The notes under the pieces were generated by a model. That model saw only the letters and a program-made list of their open reading frames with translations, made no database searches and had not been told where the DNA came from. Below, one piece after another: positions 8,362 to 16,921 of a stretch of DNA of 64,000 nt. Every line of letters begins with the position of its first letter. Position 1 is the stretch's first letter. The stretch is from an uncultured Planctomycetia bacterium (GTDB lineage: Bacteria; Omnitrophota; Gorgyraeia; CAYWPX01), in the NCBI GenBank assembly GCA_964460615.1, contig CAYWPX010000005.1, positions 96,843-160,842 of the forward strand. Direction: 5' to 3'. Both the position numbers and the translations under genes were made by a program.

Positions 8362-9051
8362 TTATTTAACTACCGGTTTTATATCCAACTTTATAAGGCT
8401 TTCGTTAAAAAAATTAGCTTTAACTGAAATATCGGACCGCCTAAGATTCCCGGCGATTTTAAAGTCTGATTTTGCGCTGTCCTCCCTAATCTTGCCCAAT
8501 AATGGTTCCCTAACGCTTTCGGGTATAATGTCCACAGAACCGAGTGAAAGCGCAACGCTAAGATCAAAATCAATGTCACCATTAGCAAACTTAGCACCGC
8601 TAGAAGTAATGGTCATATATCTATTAACGGCCTTAAAACTGGGAACCCTGATATTTTCTCCGTCCTTTTCCAAAAAACAATCTACATCGCCGAACATTGC
8701 CCCATCTTTTGGATCAATTGAAAGAAAGCTGAAGACGGATGTCAGGACTTTATTTTCTTTTATAGAAGCGTTCTTTATATTCAATTTTATCTTTTTATTA
8801 TCCGCGAACACCGATGAAGGATCTATATGGCAAGTAATCTTTTCGGCAGAAAAAAACTTATCGTTATTTTCTTTGATAATAAATTCATAAAAGACAACGG
8901 TAAATATTCCGGTTATATTTGAATCTTTATATTCAATTTTTTTACTAATAGACCTTTCAAAATCGGAAATAATTAACCTGGGGATAACTATCTTCTCTAA
9001 TAACAAGAAGACCGCTAATAGCAATAAGCCTGCGAACAATATCTTTTTCAT
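8362..9051 (-). CDS. Hypothetical secreted/periplasmic protein.
   Basis: 229-aa ORF with a signal peptide/TM at the N-terminus and no recognisable motif. Confidence 0.4.
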   Translation of the reverse strand: MKKILFAGLLLLAVFLLLEKIVIPRLIISDFERSISKKIEYKDSNITGIFTVVFYEFIIKENNDKFFSAEKITCHIDPSSVFADNKKIKLNIKNASIKENKVLTSVFSFLSIDPKDGAMFGDVDCFLEKDGENIRVPSFKAVNRYMTITSSGAKFANGDIDFDLSVALSLGSVDIIPESVREPLLGKIREDSAKSDFKIAGNLRRSDISVKANFFNESLIKLDIKPVVK

Positions 9052-9063
9052 AGAAATATGTTT

Positions 9064-9321
9064 TTACTCGATAATAAGTGATTTAATTTTCTTAAGCGCA
9101 TTTTTATTACTTGTAAGGGAATATCCTGTGACAAAATTTGTCTTATGTGAAATAAGCACTCGCTCTTTTTCGAGGATATCAAGGCATTTTTTGACATTAT
9201 CCATATCCTCGCCGATCCATGCCGCAACTCCTCTGGCAGAATCAATAGTTGACGGGTTCTCATAAAAGAACTTCATGATCTTAAGCTTGATATTTTTGTT
9301 ATGTTTTCTGTCCGATTTCAT
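9064..9321 (-). CDS. Small hypothetical protein (possible winged-helix-like regulator).
   Basis: The 85-aa ORF overlaps the HD-GYP gene stop by 4 nt, as expected for operon coupling. The alternative frame 9048..9263 has a random-looking composition and was rejected. Confidence 0.35.
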   Translation of the reverse strand: MKSDRKHNKNIKLKIMKFFYENPSTIDSARGVAAWIGEDMDNVKKCLDILEKERVLISHKTNFVTGYSLTSNKNALKKIKSLIIE

Positions 9322-10814
9322 CTTTTTTTCCTCAAACTCGATGAAATGTCTTCTCTTTTAATAATTTTTAAAAAGACTTCGACAGTCTTCGGATCAAACT
9401 TGGTACCTGAAGCATTTTTTATCTCTTCAATTGCTCTATCAACTTTCATCTCTTTCCTATATGGACGCTTGGTAATCATAGCCGAAAATGCACCCGCTAC
9501 AGACATTATTCTGGCGCCTATAGGTATCTCATCGCCTTTTAACCCGTTTGGATAACCGGTACCATCAAAATTTTCGTGGTGGAAGAGTATTATCGGCATG
9601 GCAGGCTTTAAAAGTTTAAGCGGCTCCAAGATCTTTGCGCTCTTTAAAGGAACCTGTCTGATTATTTTTAATTCTTTATCGGTTAGATTGGTATGTTTTC
9701 TAAGAATGTCGTCGGGAAGCACTGCTTGCGAAGCATCATGCAAAAGCGCGGCATAATGCAAAGCCTTCAATTCTTCCTCCCTAAGGTGAAGCTCCAGGCC
9801 CATAGCATAAACAATTTTGGCAAAAATGGCTTTATTCTTGTAAGTTTTTGGCGCTCTGGCTTCAAGGACAGTTGCCAAGGATTTTATGCTGGCTAAGGTA
9901 ATATTTTCCTGTTCTTTATAAAGCTTTGCGTTCTTTATGGCAATTACCGATTGCTCGGTAAGCCTTGATAATATCTCCTGGTCGAAATGGTCAAAACCTT
10001 TTTCAATCTTGTCGAATACAGAAATAACACCTATAGTATCCTCATCAATAAGCGGCATTGAAACGCAATTTCTATTTAGGATCCCTTTACTGGTTCGTAT
10101 TACCTTCCTTTCAATGCCGAGGGCCCTTTTAATATCCTTCTTCGAAGGGCTCTTCTTTCTTGTATCCGTAGCAACCCTCGTAGGCTTGGAATCACTTTCC
10201 CCTAACAATGTTATAAAACAACTATTGGCGCGTAAAACCTGTGAAAACAGCCTGGAGATCCTCGGCAAAAGCTCTTCCAGATTCAATGTGGAACTGATAA
10301 GTCTATAGATTGTATGGACCGTCGAAAGCGCAACCGCCCTTGGACGGATAGTCTCATACAGCTTTGAAAGCTCTAATTCTTTCTGGGTCTCCTTCAGAAC
10401 CGCTTCTAATGAGATCTCAAGCAAATTAACCAGATCTCTTGGCACCTCTTTATCCAATTGGCATATTATTAAATATCCGTATATCTTCTCGCCCTGGCTA
10501 ATCGGGAGAACAATACCATGCGTATCATTTTTGCAGTTGAATTTTTCTATCTTTTTGGATTTTTGTGATTTCTTGAGGGTACCGATAAGATCTCTAACAC
10601 AGCCGCATCTTTCTTTGTCACTCAAAAGAGTGTAAACCGTACACCTTGAAGCTATCTTGGATTCTTGAAAATACGGACTTTCAACGCCTCTTTCATCAGT
10701 AAGGCACCACAAAGTAGACTTAGAAAAAGATTTGAAAACGCTTTTAATTTTTTTAAGTGTAATATTTTTTGATAGCCTTTTAAATAATTCGCTTTCATAG
10801 GAAATATTGCGCAT
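9318..10814 (-). CDS. GAF-domain HD-GYP phosphohydrolase (c-di-GMP phosphodiesterase family).
   Basis: 'HYAALLHDASQ' contains the HD motif and 'HHENFDGTGYPNGLKG' the GYP motif. The N-terminal approximately 300 aa are GAF-like. Confidence 0.8.
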   Translation of the reverse strand: MRNISYESELFKRLSKNITLKKIKSVFKSFSKSTLWCLTDERGVESPYFQESKIASRCTVYTLLSDKERCGCVRDLIGTLKKSQKSKKIEKFNCKNDTHGIVLPISQGEKIYGYLIICQLDKEVPRDLVNLLEISLEAVLKETQKELELSKLYETIRPRAVALSTVHTIYRLISSTLNLEELLPRISRLFSQVLRANSCFITLLGESDSKPTRVATDTRKKSPSKKDIKRALGIERKVIRTSKGILNRNCVSMPLIDEDTIGVISVFDKIEKGFDHFDQEILSRLTEQSVIAIKNAKLYKEQENITLASIKSLATVLEARAPKTYKNKAIFAKIVYAMGLELHLREEELKALHYAALLHDASQAVLPDDILRKHTNLTDKELKIIRQVPLKSAKILEPLKLLKPAMPIILFHHENFDGTGYPNGLKGDEIPIGARIMSVAGAFSAMITKRPYRKEMKVDRAIEEIKNASGTKFDPKTVEVFLKIIKREDISSSLRKKR

Positions 10815-10823
10815 AAATACGGA

Positions 10824-11918
10824 TCATCCTAAAATACTTTTCTGCTCGTCAAGGTAAATACCTTTAATATTTATCTTGAGAGCTTCGGGATTGTCAGATT
10901 TAGACAAGGCCTCTTCGAGATTTACAGACTTTTCCTTGAGCAGCTTAACAAGAGATTGGTTAAATGTCTGCATCCCCTGATCTTGGCCTGTCTGAATAAG
11001 CTGGTCTATGTTATCCAGTTTATTTGTAGCAATTAGCTTCTCTGCCATGGGGGTATTTATCAATATTTCAACCGCCGGGATCAAACCTGTGCCATCGGCT
11101 TTTCTTAATAACCTCTGGCAAATAACGGCTCTTAAATTTATGGCAAGTTGGTATCTTATATGGTCCCTGAAGGTCGGCGGAAAAAATTCTATCAGCCTGT
11201 TTATGGCCTGCCTGACATCCTCTGCATGAAAAGAGCTGAATACGAGATGGCCGGTTTCACTGGCTGAAATGGCTGTCTGTACCGTCTCAGCATCACGCAT
11301 CTCTCCTATTACAACAATGTCAGGGTCCTGCCTGATAACATGCTTTAAAGATCTTTGGAAAGACTGAGTATCTATCTCGATCTCTCTTTGATTGATAAGC
11401 GCAAGATTGTCGTGATACAAATATTCTATAGGATTTTCAAGTGTAAGTATATGACAACGCCTGTTATTATTTATATGGTTAACCATTGAAGCAAGGGTAG
11501 TTGATTTTCCCGTAGAACTTGCACCGGTAACAAGTATAAGACCTTTATGGGAAAGTGCAATCTTGCCTAAAACTTCGGGAAGATGCAGCTCGCCTAGCGA
11601 CGGAATATACTCCTTAATAAACCTCATAACAATCCCGATCTGGCCTCTTTGCCTGAAAATATTTGTTCTGAATCTGCCGATTCCTTCCGCGATATATGCA
11701 AAGTCTATTTCTAGCTCTCTTTCAAAAGTCTCTCTTTCTTTCGGATTCATAAGCAGACCAGCGATATTCTTTATATCTTCACTAGAAAGCTTAGGGAAAT
11801 CGGTTATTATCAATTCCTTATCAACCCTGAAAACCGGAGGCCTGTTACATTTAATGTGAAGATCGGAGGCTTTTTTATTTACCATTTCCTTCAGAAGATC
11901 ATTGATACCTATATTCAT
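10824..11918 (-). CDS. pilT: Type IV pilus retraction (twitching motility) ATPase PilT/PilU.
   Basis: 'LVTGASSTGKSTTLASMV' is the Walker A motif, 'DPDIVVIGEMRD' the Walker B motif, and 'AINLRAVICQRL' the PilT His-box region. The length is 364 aa. Confidence 0.85.
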   Translation of the reverse strand: MNIGINDLLKEMVNKKASDLHIKCNRPPVFRVDKELIITDFPKLSSEDIKNIAGLLMNPKERETFERELEIDFAYIAEGIGRFRTNIFRQRGQIGIVMRFIKEYIPSLGELHLPEVLGKIALSHKGLILVTGASSTGKSTTLASMVNHINNNRRCHILTLENPIEYLYHDNLALINQREIEIDTQSFQRSLKHVIRQDPDIVVIGEMRDAETVQTAISASETGHLVFSSFHAEDVRQAINRLIEFFPPTFRDHIRYQLAINLRAVICQRLLRKADGTGLIPAVEILINTPMAEKLIATNKLDNIDQLIQTGQDQGMQTFNQSLVKLLKEKSVNLEEALSKSDNPEALKINIKGIYLDEQKSILG

Positions 11919-13073
11919 TTATACCCTCTCATAAGGTTCGAAGAACTTTTTGTATTCGTCTAAAGCATATCTATCCGTCATGCCAGCCAGGTAATCACAG
12001 ATAACCCTATGCGTATCGGAATGCGTCAACCTGGCTTGGGTGGTCGGAGGAAGCTGTTCGGGTTTTTCAAGATATACCTCAAAAAGACTTTTAATGAATC
12101 GCGTAGCCTTATTGGCCATCCTTACAACCCGATAATGTTTATATAGATTCGTTACAAGGAACTCCCTTAAGGGCTCCCTAAGGAACACCATCTCTTTTGA
12201 AAATGAAATAACCTTTTGAGGGATTTTTTTGACATCTTCGGCGCTGTTGATCTTGAATTTCTTTATCCTCTTCTCAGTCTCTGTCACCAGGTCTGTTACC
12301 TGCAGATTTATCAACTCTTTTATGATCTGGTATTTCCTCATTTCATTTGAAAGCGTCGGATACTTTTTTGTTACAGAATTTGATACCATCTTCCAAAGGC
12401 TGACCTTGTTCAAGGCCTCTTCCTTTATCAAGCCGCTGGTGATCCCGTCATCAAGGTCATGATTATCATAAGCAATCTCATCCGCTATATCCACAACCTG
12501 CGTCTCCAATAATGGCGGCGTATGCGACTCAAAGGGTATCATTAACCGCGGCTTATCGAACGGGGTGGCATGCTTTATGATACCTTCTCTCACTTCTTGA
12601 GTAAGATTTAGCCCGGGAAAATCCGGGTACCTCTCTTCAAGATAATCTACCACTCTTAAGCCTTGTGAATTATGATCAAAACCTCCGTGCTCCTTCATTA
12701 ATTCTGATAATGTATCTTCGCCTGAATGCCCGAATGGTGTATGCCCGAGATCATGGGCCAGGGCAATAGTCTCCGCTAAATCCTGGTTAAGCTTTAATGA
12801 TCTCGCGATGGATTTTGCTACCTGGGCAACTTCAATGGTGTGGGTAAGGCGGGTTCTATAATAATCACCTTCATGGTTTACAAAGACCTGCGTTTTATAT
12901 TCAAGCCGCCTGAAGGCTGTAGAGTATATGATGCGATCGCGGTCTCTCTGAAAAGCGGTTCTATATTCATGCTCCTTCTCCTTGTAAACCCTGCCCTTTG
13001 ACTCTTGGCTTTTCTGTGCGTAAGGAGCAAGAACTAGATATTCTTCTTTTTCAAGATCTCTTCTTTTTTGCAC
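11919..13073 (-). CDS. dgt: dGTPase-like deoxynucleoside triphosphate triphosphohydrolase (HD domain, Dgt family).
   Basis: 'FQRDRDRIIYSTAFRRLEYKTQVF' is present. 'HEGDYYRTRLTHTIEVAQV...ALAHDLGHTPFGH' gives the HD motif. Confidence 0.8.
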   Translation of the reverse strand: MQKRRDLEKEEYLVLAPYAQKSQESKGRVYKEKEHEYRTAFQRDRDRIIYSTAFRRLEYKTQVFVNHEGDYYRTRLTHTIEVAQVAKSIARSLKLNQDLAETIALAHDLGHTPFGHSGEDTLSELMKEHGGFDHNSQGLRVVDYLEERYPDFPGLNLTQEVREGIIKHATPFDKPRLMIPFESHTPPLLETQVVDIADEIAYDNHDLDDGITSGLIKEEALNKVSLWKMVSNSVTKKYPTLSNEMRKYQIIKELINLQVTDLVTETEKRIKKFKINSAEDVKKIPQKVISFSKEMVFLREPLREFLVTNLYKHYRVVRMANKATRFIKSLFEVYLEKPEQLPPTTQARLTHSDTHRVICDYLAGMTDRYALDEYKKFFEPYERV

Positions 13074-13542
13074 TAATTAACCTCCCGTACATATCATCAA
13101 GAGATTCGGAAATAATTTTTGTATCAGCAAGTATCGGCATATAATTTGTATCGCCTAGCCATCTGGGAACAATATGGAAATGTAGATGCCCTTTATATCC
13201 GGCGCCGCCTACATCCCCAACATTAATTCCTATGTTATAACCATGCGGCTTCAAAATTCTGTCTAAAAGCGTTTTGGACTTTGTTACCAGCTCCATAAGA
13301 TCGCATCTTTCAGCTTTAGTGAGCTTATCAATCTCTCTAACATGCCTTTTCGGAGAAACCATAATGTGGCCATTGTTATAAGGATAGATATTAAGCATGG
13401 AGAAAGAATATTTTGTTTTTTCGATTACAAACATCTCTTTTTCGTTTTTCGTATCACGGCCTTTACAGAATATACAGCCTTTTACGTTCCTAAGATAAAT
13501 ATATTTACTTCTCCAAGGCGCCCAAAGCTTATCCATTTTCAT
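13051..13542 (-). CDS. HIT-family nucleotide hydrolase/transferase.
   Basis: N-terminal 'LWAPWRSKYI' is present. The histidine triad is 'GHLHFHIVPRW'. Confidence 0.75.
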   Translation of the reverse strand: MKMDKLWAPWRSKYIYLRNVKGCIFCKGRDTKNEKEMFVIEKTKYSFSMLNIYPYNNGHIMVSPKRHVREIDKLTKAERCDLMELVTKSKTLLDRILKPHGYNIGINVGDVGGAGYKGHLHFHIVPRWLGDTNYMPILADTKIISESLDDMYGRLISAKKKRS

Positions 13543-13545
13543 CTC

Positions 13546-14025
13546 CTAAATTTCGATAATTTCACCGGAAATACTATCACCGATCTTAAGAATCCCGTAA
13601 GAATTACATGGGGCAAAAGTCTTATCAGTAGGGCTGCCGGGATTAAAGAATAAAACTCCGTCAACGATCTCATTTTTTGGAATATGGGTATGCCCATAGA
13701 TAATCACGTCAACATCTTTAAATTCTTTTCTTATATTCTCTTCAACCCTATCAGGAGAGCCCCACCCATGGATAAGACCTATCTTAAATTTACCTGCATT
13801 GATAATCTCTTTCTGCTGAAGTACGTTTTTTAATTCTGTTGAATCCATATTACCATAGACAGCTTTTATATCTTTAATATTCTTCAATTTGTCATAAAAA
13901 GATTTTTCAACAATGTCCCCGGCATGAATAATTAAATCGCACTTTTGGATCTCCTCATACAACTTAAACGGAAGATCATTGGCTGTGCGCGGAATATGCG
14001 TATCAGAAAGTACGAATATCTTCAT
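13546..14025 (-). CDS. YfcE/MJ0936-family metallophosphoesterase (calcineurin-like phosphodiesterase).
   Basis: 'MKIFVLSDTHIP' opens the protein, with 'IIHAGDI' and 'IIYGHTHIPK'. 'GLIHGWGSP' also matches the family. Confidence 0.75.
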   Translation of the reverse strand: MKIFVLSDTHIPRTANDLPFKLYEEIQKCDLIIHAGDIVEKSFYDKLKNIKDIKAVYGNMDSTELKNVLQQKEIINAGKFKIGLIHGWGSPDRVEENIRKEFKDVDVIIYGHTHIPKNEIVDGVLFFNPGSPTDKTFAPCNSYGILKIGDSISGEIIEI

Positions 14026-15647
14026 AAAACGATCCTATATCTCTTGTATACATCCATCATATAATTTATGTCCTCCAGTTCCCATATCCACATCTTAGAC
14101 TCCTTAGCAACTAAGCGGGCATTGGCATCCAAACCAACAAGCGAAACCAGAACAATTTTGCTTATGTCTTTCTGGGCGTTTATAAAACCAATATTATATA
14201 ATAATTCCTGTTCCTTGATCTCCTTATCTTCAATAATAAATATCCATTTTTTCCCGGAATCCGTAAGGCAAGTGATAAAATTGGGCTTCGATTCATCAAG
14301 ACATGCGATTGAGGAGAACCTGGGCAATTTGTGGGATTTCTTATCTATCTCTACGATCTCATTGTTAAAACACCTTAAAAGCGCTTCAATCCTGGCAGTG
14401 ATAGAATTCTTTGAATTTTCCGTAAATTCAACAAAAATACGATTGAGATTATTTTTAAAATTCTGTATCTGTTCTTCGATATTAGTAATATAAGACTTTT
14501 GCTTACGATTATAAATATTTTTGAGCCAAAACTCCATTACCCTGTCATTGAATCTATAAAAAATCCCTTTTTTGGAAATGAAATTCAGCTCATCGAGTCT
14601 GTCTAATTTTTTTGTAATATCCTTTTCACCTTTTGGGAGCGAACTTGAAATGTCCTTTATCTTATAATTGCCTTCGGCTAATGATAGCGTAACATTGGAT
14701 AAAAATCTCCTTGTACCCTGTATCTGAAAGGAGGCTATGGAGTTCATGAAATACTGGTTAAAAGTACCTTTGGAGTTAAATAGTTCGTCGGTGAGTATAT
14801 CAAATAGTATATTTTTGGTGATTATTTTAAATTTCATGCTGCTTAGGGCGGTATTCAATTTATCAACTATCACATCCAGATAATAAGGGTGCCCGTCAAC
14901 AAAATAGACAATAAAATTAATGATATCTTCCTGAGCTTTTATCGGATTAAGCCTTTTTCTGATAAACTCTTTGCTCATCTTTGAATCAAATGCATCAAGC
15001 TCAATCTTTTCAAAATTACCGAATAATAAAGCGAGTTTTTCTGAAAGGATCTTTTTGATCTTATTGACTTCAGAGCTGGCTACTATATACATAGTATCCT
15101 TTTGTATCATTATCCTTTTGCCGAAATTAGCAAAAGGATTCTTTACATGAAAAAGATCAAGGTTATGGAATTCATCCAGAATAACTATGCAGGATTTACC
15201 GGTTTCATCACGGATGATAGATGTGAGATTAAAAAGAAGCGTAAAGGCCTCTTCAAATTTATCTTCTTTGAGAAATAATCTGATCTTCTGGATAGACTCG
15301 ATAGTCTTGGGCATGAGGTTCTTTTGGCTATCCAATAAGCCGGTTATATCTTCGGGGACCTTATCAATATATGTCTTAAAAAAATTATAAAGAAGTGTCC
15401 CGATGAATTTATCAACAAAGTTTTCGAAAGATTCATCTGCAATTTCAACATAAACCGGTATTATGTTGTCATCTTTTAAGGTATGAACGAAATGATGTAT
15501 TAACGATGTCTTGCCGCAAAGCCTTTGGCCGGTAATGGCTATATTCTGCCTGTAACCCCCTTTTAAGGCCTCTATCCTTTTATTCAGAAGTTCTAAAATT
15601 TCATCCCTTCCGAAAAAACTTTCGCCAATTACTGGATCGGCATACAT
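14022..15647 (-). CDS. P-loop ATPase of the archaeal-type ATPase (Arch_ATPase) family with a DUF234-like C-terminal region; function unknown.
   Basis: 'FFGRDEILELL...ITGQRLCGKTSL' is the Walker A motif and 'CIVILDEFHNLD' the Walker B motif. At 541 aa it is the first gene of an overlapping operon (ATGA overlap with the next gene). Confidence 0.6.
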   Translation of the reverse strand: MYADPVIGESFFGRDEILELLNKRIEALKGGYRQNIAITGQRLCGKTSLIHHFVHTLKDDNIIPVYVEIADESFENFVDKFIGTLLYNFFKTYIDKVPEDITGLLDSQKNLMPKTIESIQKIRLFLKEDKFEEAFTLLFNLTSIIRDETGKSCIVILDEFHNLDLFHVKNPFANFGKRIMIQKDTMYIVASSEVNKIKKILSEKLALLFGNFEKIELDAFDSKMSKEFIRKRLNPIKAQEDIINFIVYFVDGHPYYLDVIVDKLNTALSSMKFKIITKNILFDILTDELFNSKGTFNQYFMNSIASFQIQGTRRFLSNVTLSLAEGNYKIKDISSSLPKGEKDITKKLDRLDELNFISKKGIFYRFNDRVMEFWLKNIYNRKQKSYITNIEEQIQNFKNNLNRIFVEFTENSKNSITARIEALLRCFNNEIVEIDKKSHKLPRFSSIACLDESKPNFITCLTDSGKKWIFIIEDKEIKEQELLYNIGFINAQKDISKIVLVSLVGLDANARLVAKESKMWIWELEDINYMMDVYKRYRIVL

Positions 15648-15674
15648 ACATTACTCCTTAATTTGGCAACTTTT

Positions 15675-16382
15675 CTAAGGCAGAAAATAAAAAGGATTCT
15701 GCGGTTCGTGTTTCTTTCTTATTTCAAAATGTAAATTTGCGCTTTGAACTCTACCCGATGATCCAACCTTTGCTATTATATCTCCCTGATCGACTATATC
15801 CCCAACCTTTACTAGGATCTCAGAATTATGGGCATATATAGTAGAAAATTCATCACCATGATCAACTATTATAGTTTTCCCCAAGCCCTTAACCTTTTCA
15901 TCACTAAAAATAACTTTACCTGATCTTGCCGCCTTAACCGGAATACCTTCATCGGATTTAATATCAATACCCTTATTTTTTACTCCGTCCTTGACAGCTC
16001 CGAAAAACGAAACAACTTCGCCGTCAACCGGCCAAATAAAACTCTGCTTGCCGAAATAATTTGCATTATTGGAAAATCTGACATCATCCCGCCCTTTGGG
16101 AATAAAAAGGAGTTGGCCGGTGGATATATTTGTTGCGTCGGGAAGTCTATTAGCGCTTGCAATAACATTGGCGTCTATATTATAGGTTTTGGCGATCCTC
16201 CATAAGGTCTCGCCTTTTTTTACAAGATGATAAAATCCCTTCTCTTCTGGCCTTCCCATGCCCACATGAGGGCCTCTGGGCGTAGCGCATCCTTGAATAA
16301 ATATTAAACTTAGTATTATAAATAGTAAAAATTTCTTCAACAAATATTCCTCCAAAAATTTCTTAAAACTTTTATCAATCAA
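15675..16382 (-). CDS. LysM-domain M23-family peptidoglycan metalloendopeptidase.
   Basis: Lipoprotein-like N-terminus (IQGCATP). LysM motif 'YHLVKKGETLWRIAKTYNIDANVIASANRL'. M23 motifs are 'GIDIKSDEGIPVKAARSGKV' and 'HGDEFSTIYAHNSE'. Confidence 0.8.
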   Translation of the reverse strand: MIDKSFKKFLEEYLLKKFLLFIILSLIFIQGCATPRGPHVGMGRPEEKGFYHLVKKGETLWRIAKTYNIDANVIASANRLPDATNISTGQLLFIPKGRDDVRFSNNANYFGKQSFIWPVDGEVVSFFGAVKDGVKNKGIDIKSDEGIPVKAARSGKVIFSDEKVKGLGKTIIVDHGDEFSTIYAHNSEILVKVGDIVDQGDIIAKVGSSGRVQSANLHFEIRKKHEPQNPFYFLP

Positions 16383-16539
16383 ATCTTACTATTTAAGCTT
16401 TGGAGCGAGCAATGCCTGTCCGCAAGTTTTGTGGCGAAGGAATCGCTTTTAAATTCTTCCCACTTCTCAAGGTCCTTCGCTTCGTTCCCAATCCTCCTAT
16501 TCGTCGCGTTTTCAGGATCATCCCGACTTTACGTCTGGA

Positions 16540-16613
16540 TGGAGCGAGCGATGGGAATCGAACCCACGTGACCAGCTTGGGAAGCTGGTATTCTACCATT
16601 GAACTACGCTCGC
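16540..16613 (-). tRNA. tRNA-Gly (anticodon CCC).
   Basis: Reverse complement reads GCGAGCGTAGTTCAATGGTAGAATACCAGCTTCCCAAGCTGGTCACGTGGGTTCGATTCCCATCGCTCGCTCCA. It has a 7-bp acceptor stem, anticodon stem CCAGC/GCTGG with loop TTCCCAA, a GGTTCGATTCC T-loop and an encoded CCA. ORFs 16393..16635 and 16400..16660 overlap it and are spurious. Confidence 0.85.
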
Positions 16614-16900
16614 CTATTAGCTTCATCGCGTTCATCCTAAGGCCGCCGAAGGCGGACTAGGATTGAACTACGCTCGCCTGAAAATTTTGCAAAAATTTTC
16701 GTCCCGAGTCCGCTTATTTCGCAGGACGAGGGATAGAAATATTTGAAAATTTCACCCCTGAGTCCGAGCTTTTCGCAGGACGAAGGGGCTCAAAAACATC
16801 AATGTTCACTACGCTCGTCTGAAAATTTTTGCTTTTCAAAATTTCACCCGAGTTCCGATGTAACTCGTAACAAAGAGTGTCAAATAACAATTTTAAACTA
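16598..16900. repeat. Degenerate tandem repeats upstream of tRNA-Gly: two extra partial copies of the tRNA 5' end plus duplicated hairpin-containing subunits.
   Basis: An 18-nt 'attgaactacgctcgcct' sits at 16598-16615 inside the tRNA and again at 16663-16680. 'actacgctcg(c/t)ctgaaaatttt' occurs at 16669-16690 and 16809-16830. 'gagtccg..ttcgcaggacga(g/a)gg' is duplicated at about 16705-16732 and 16760-16788. Confidence 0.6.
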
Positions 16901-16921
16901 AATATTAATGAGTAGTTTTGC

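Noticed and set aside
9048-9263. Alternative minus-strand ORF (71 aa) overlapping 9064..9321 in another frame.
   Set aside because: The translated sequence is random-looking and basic or hydrophobic without motifs. The 9064..9321 frame has better coupling to the upstream gene (ATGA-type overlap) and more protein-like composition.
16393-16660. ORFs 16393..16635 (-) and 16400..16660 (+) of 80-86 aa.
   Set aside because: Both span the tRNA-Gly gene and the non-coding repeat region, so they are artefacts of the ORF finder.
16598-16900. Possible CRISPR array or integrated mobile element at the tRNA-Gly locus.
   Set aside because: The repeats are irregular, degenerate and not evenly spaced, so it is not a CRISPR array. 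No integrase, transposase or phage genes flank the tRNA on either side (M23 peptidase and PfkB kinase). The duplicated segment is the tRNA 5' end rather than the usual 3' attachment site. Kept only as a repeat finding.
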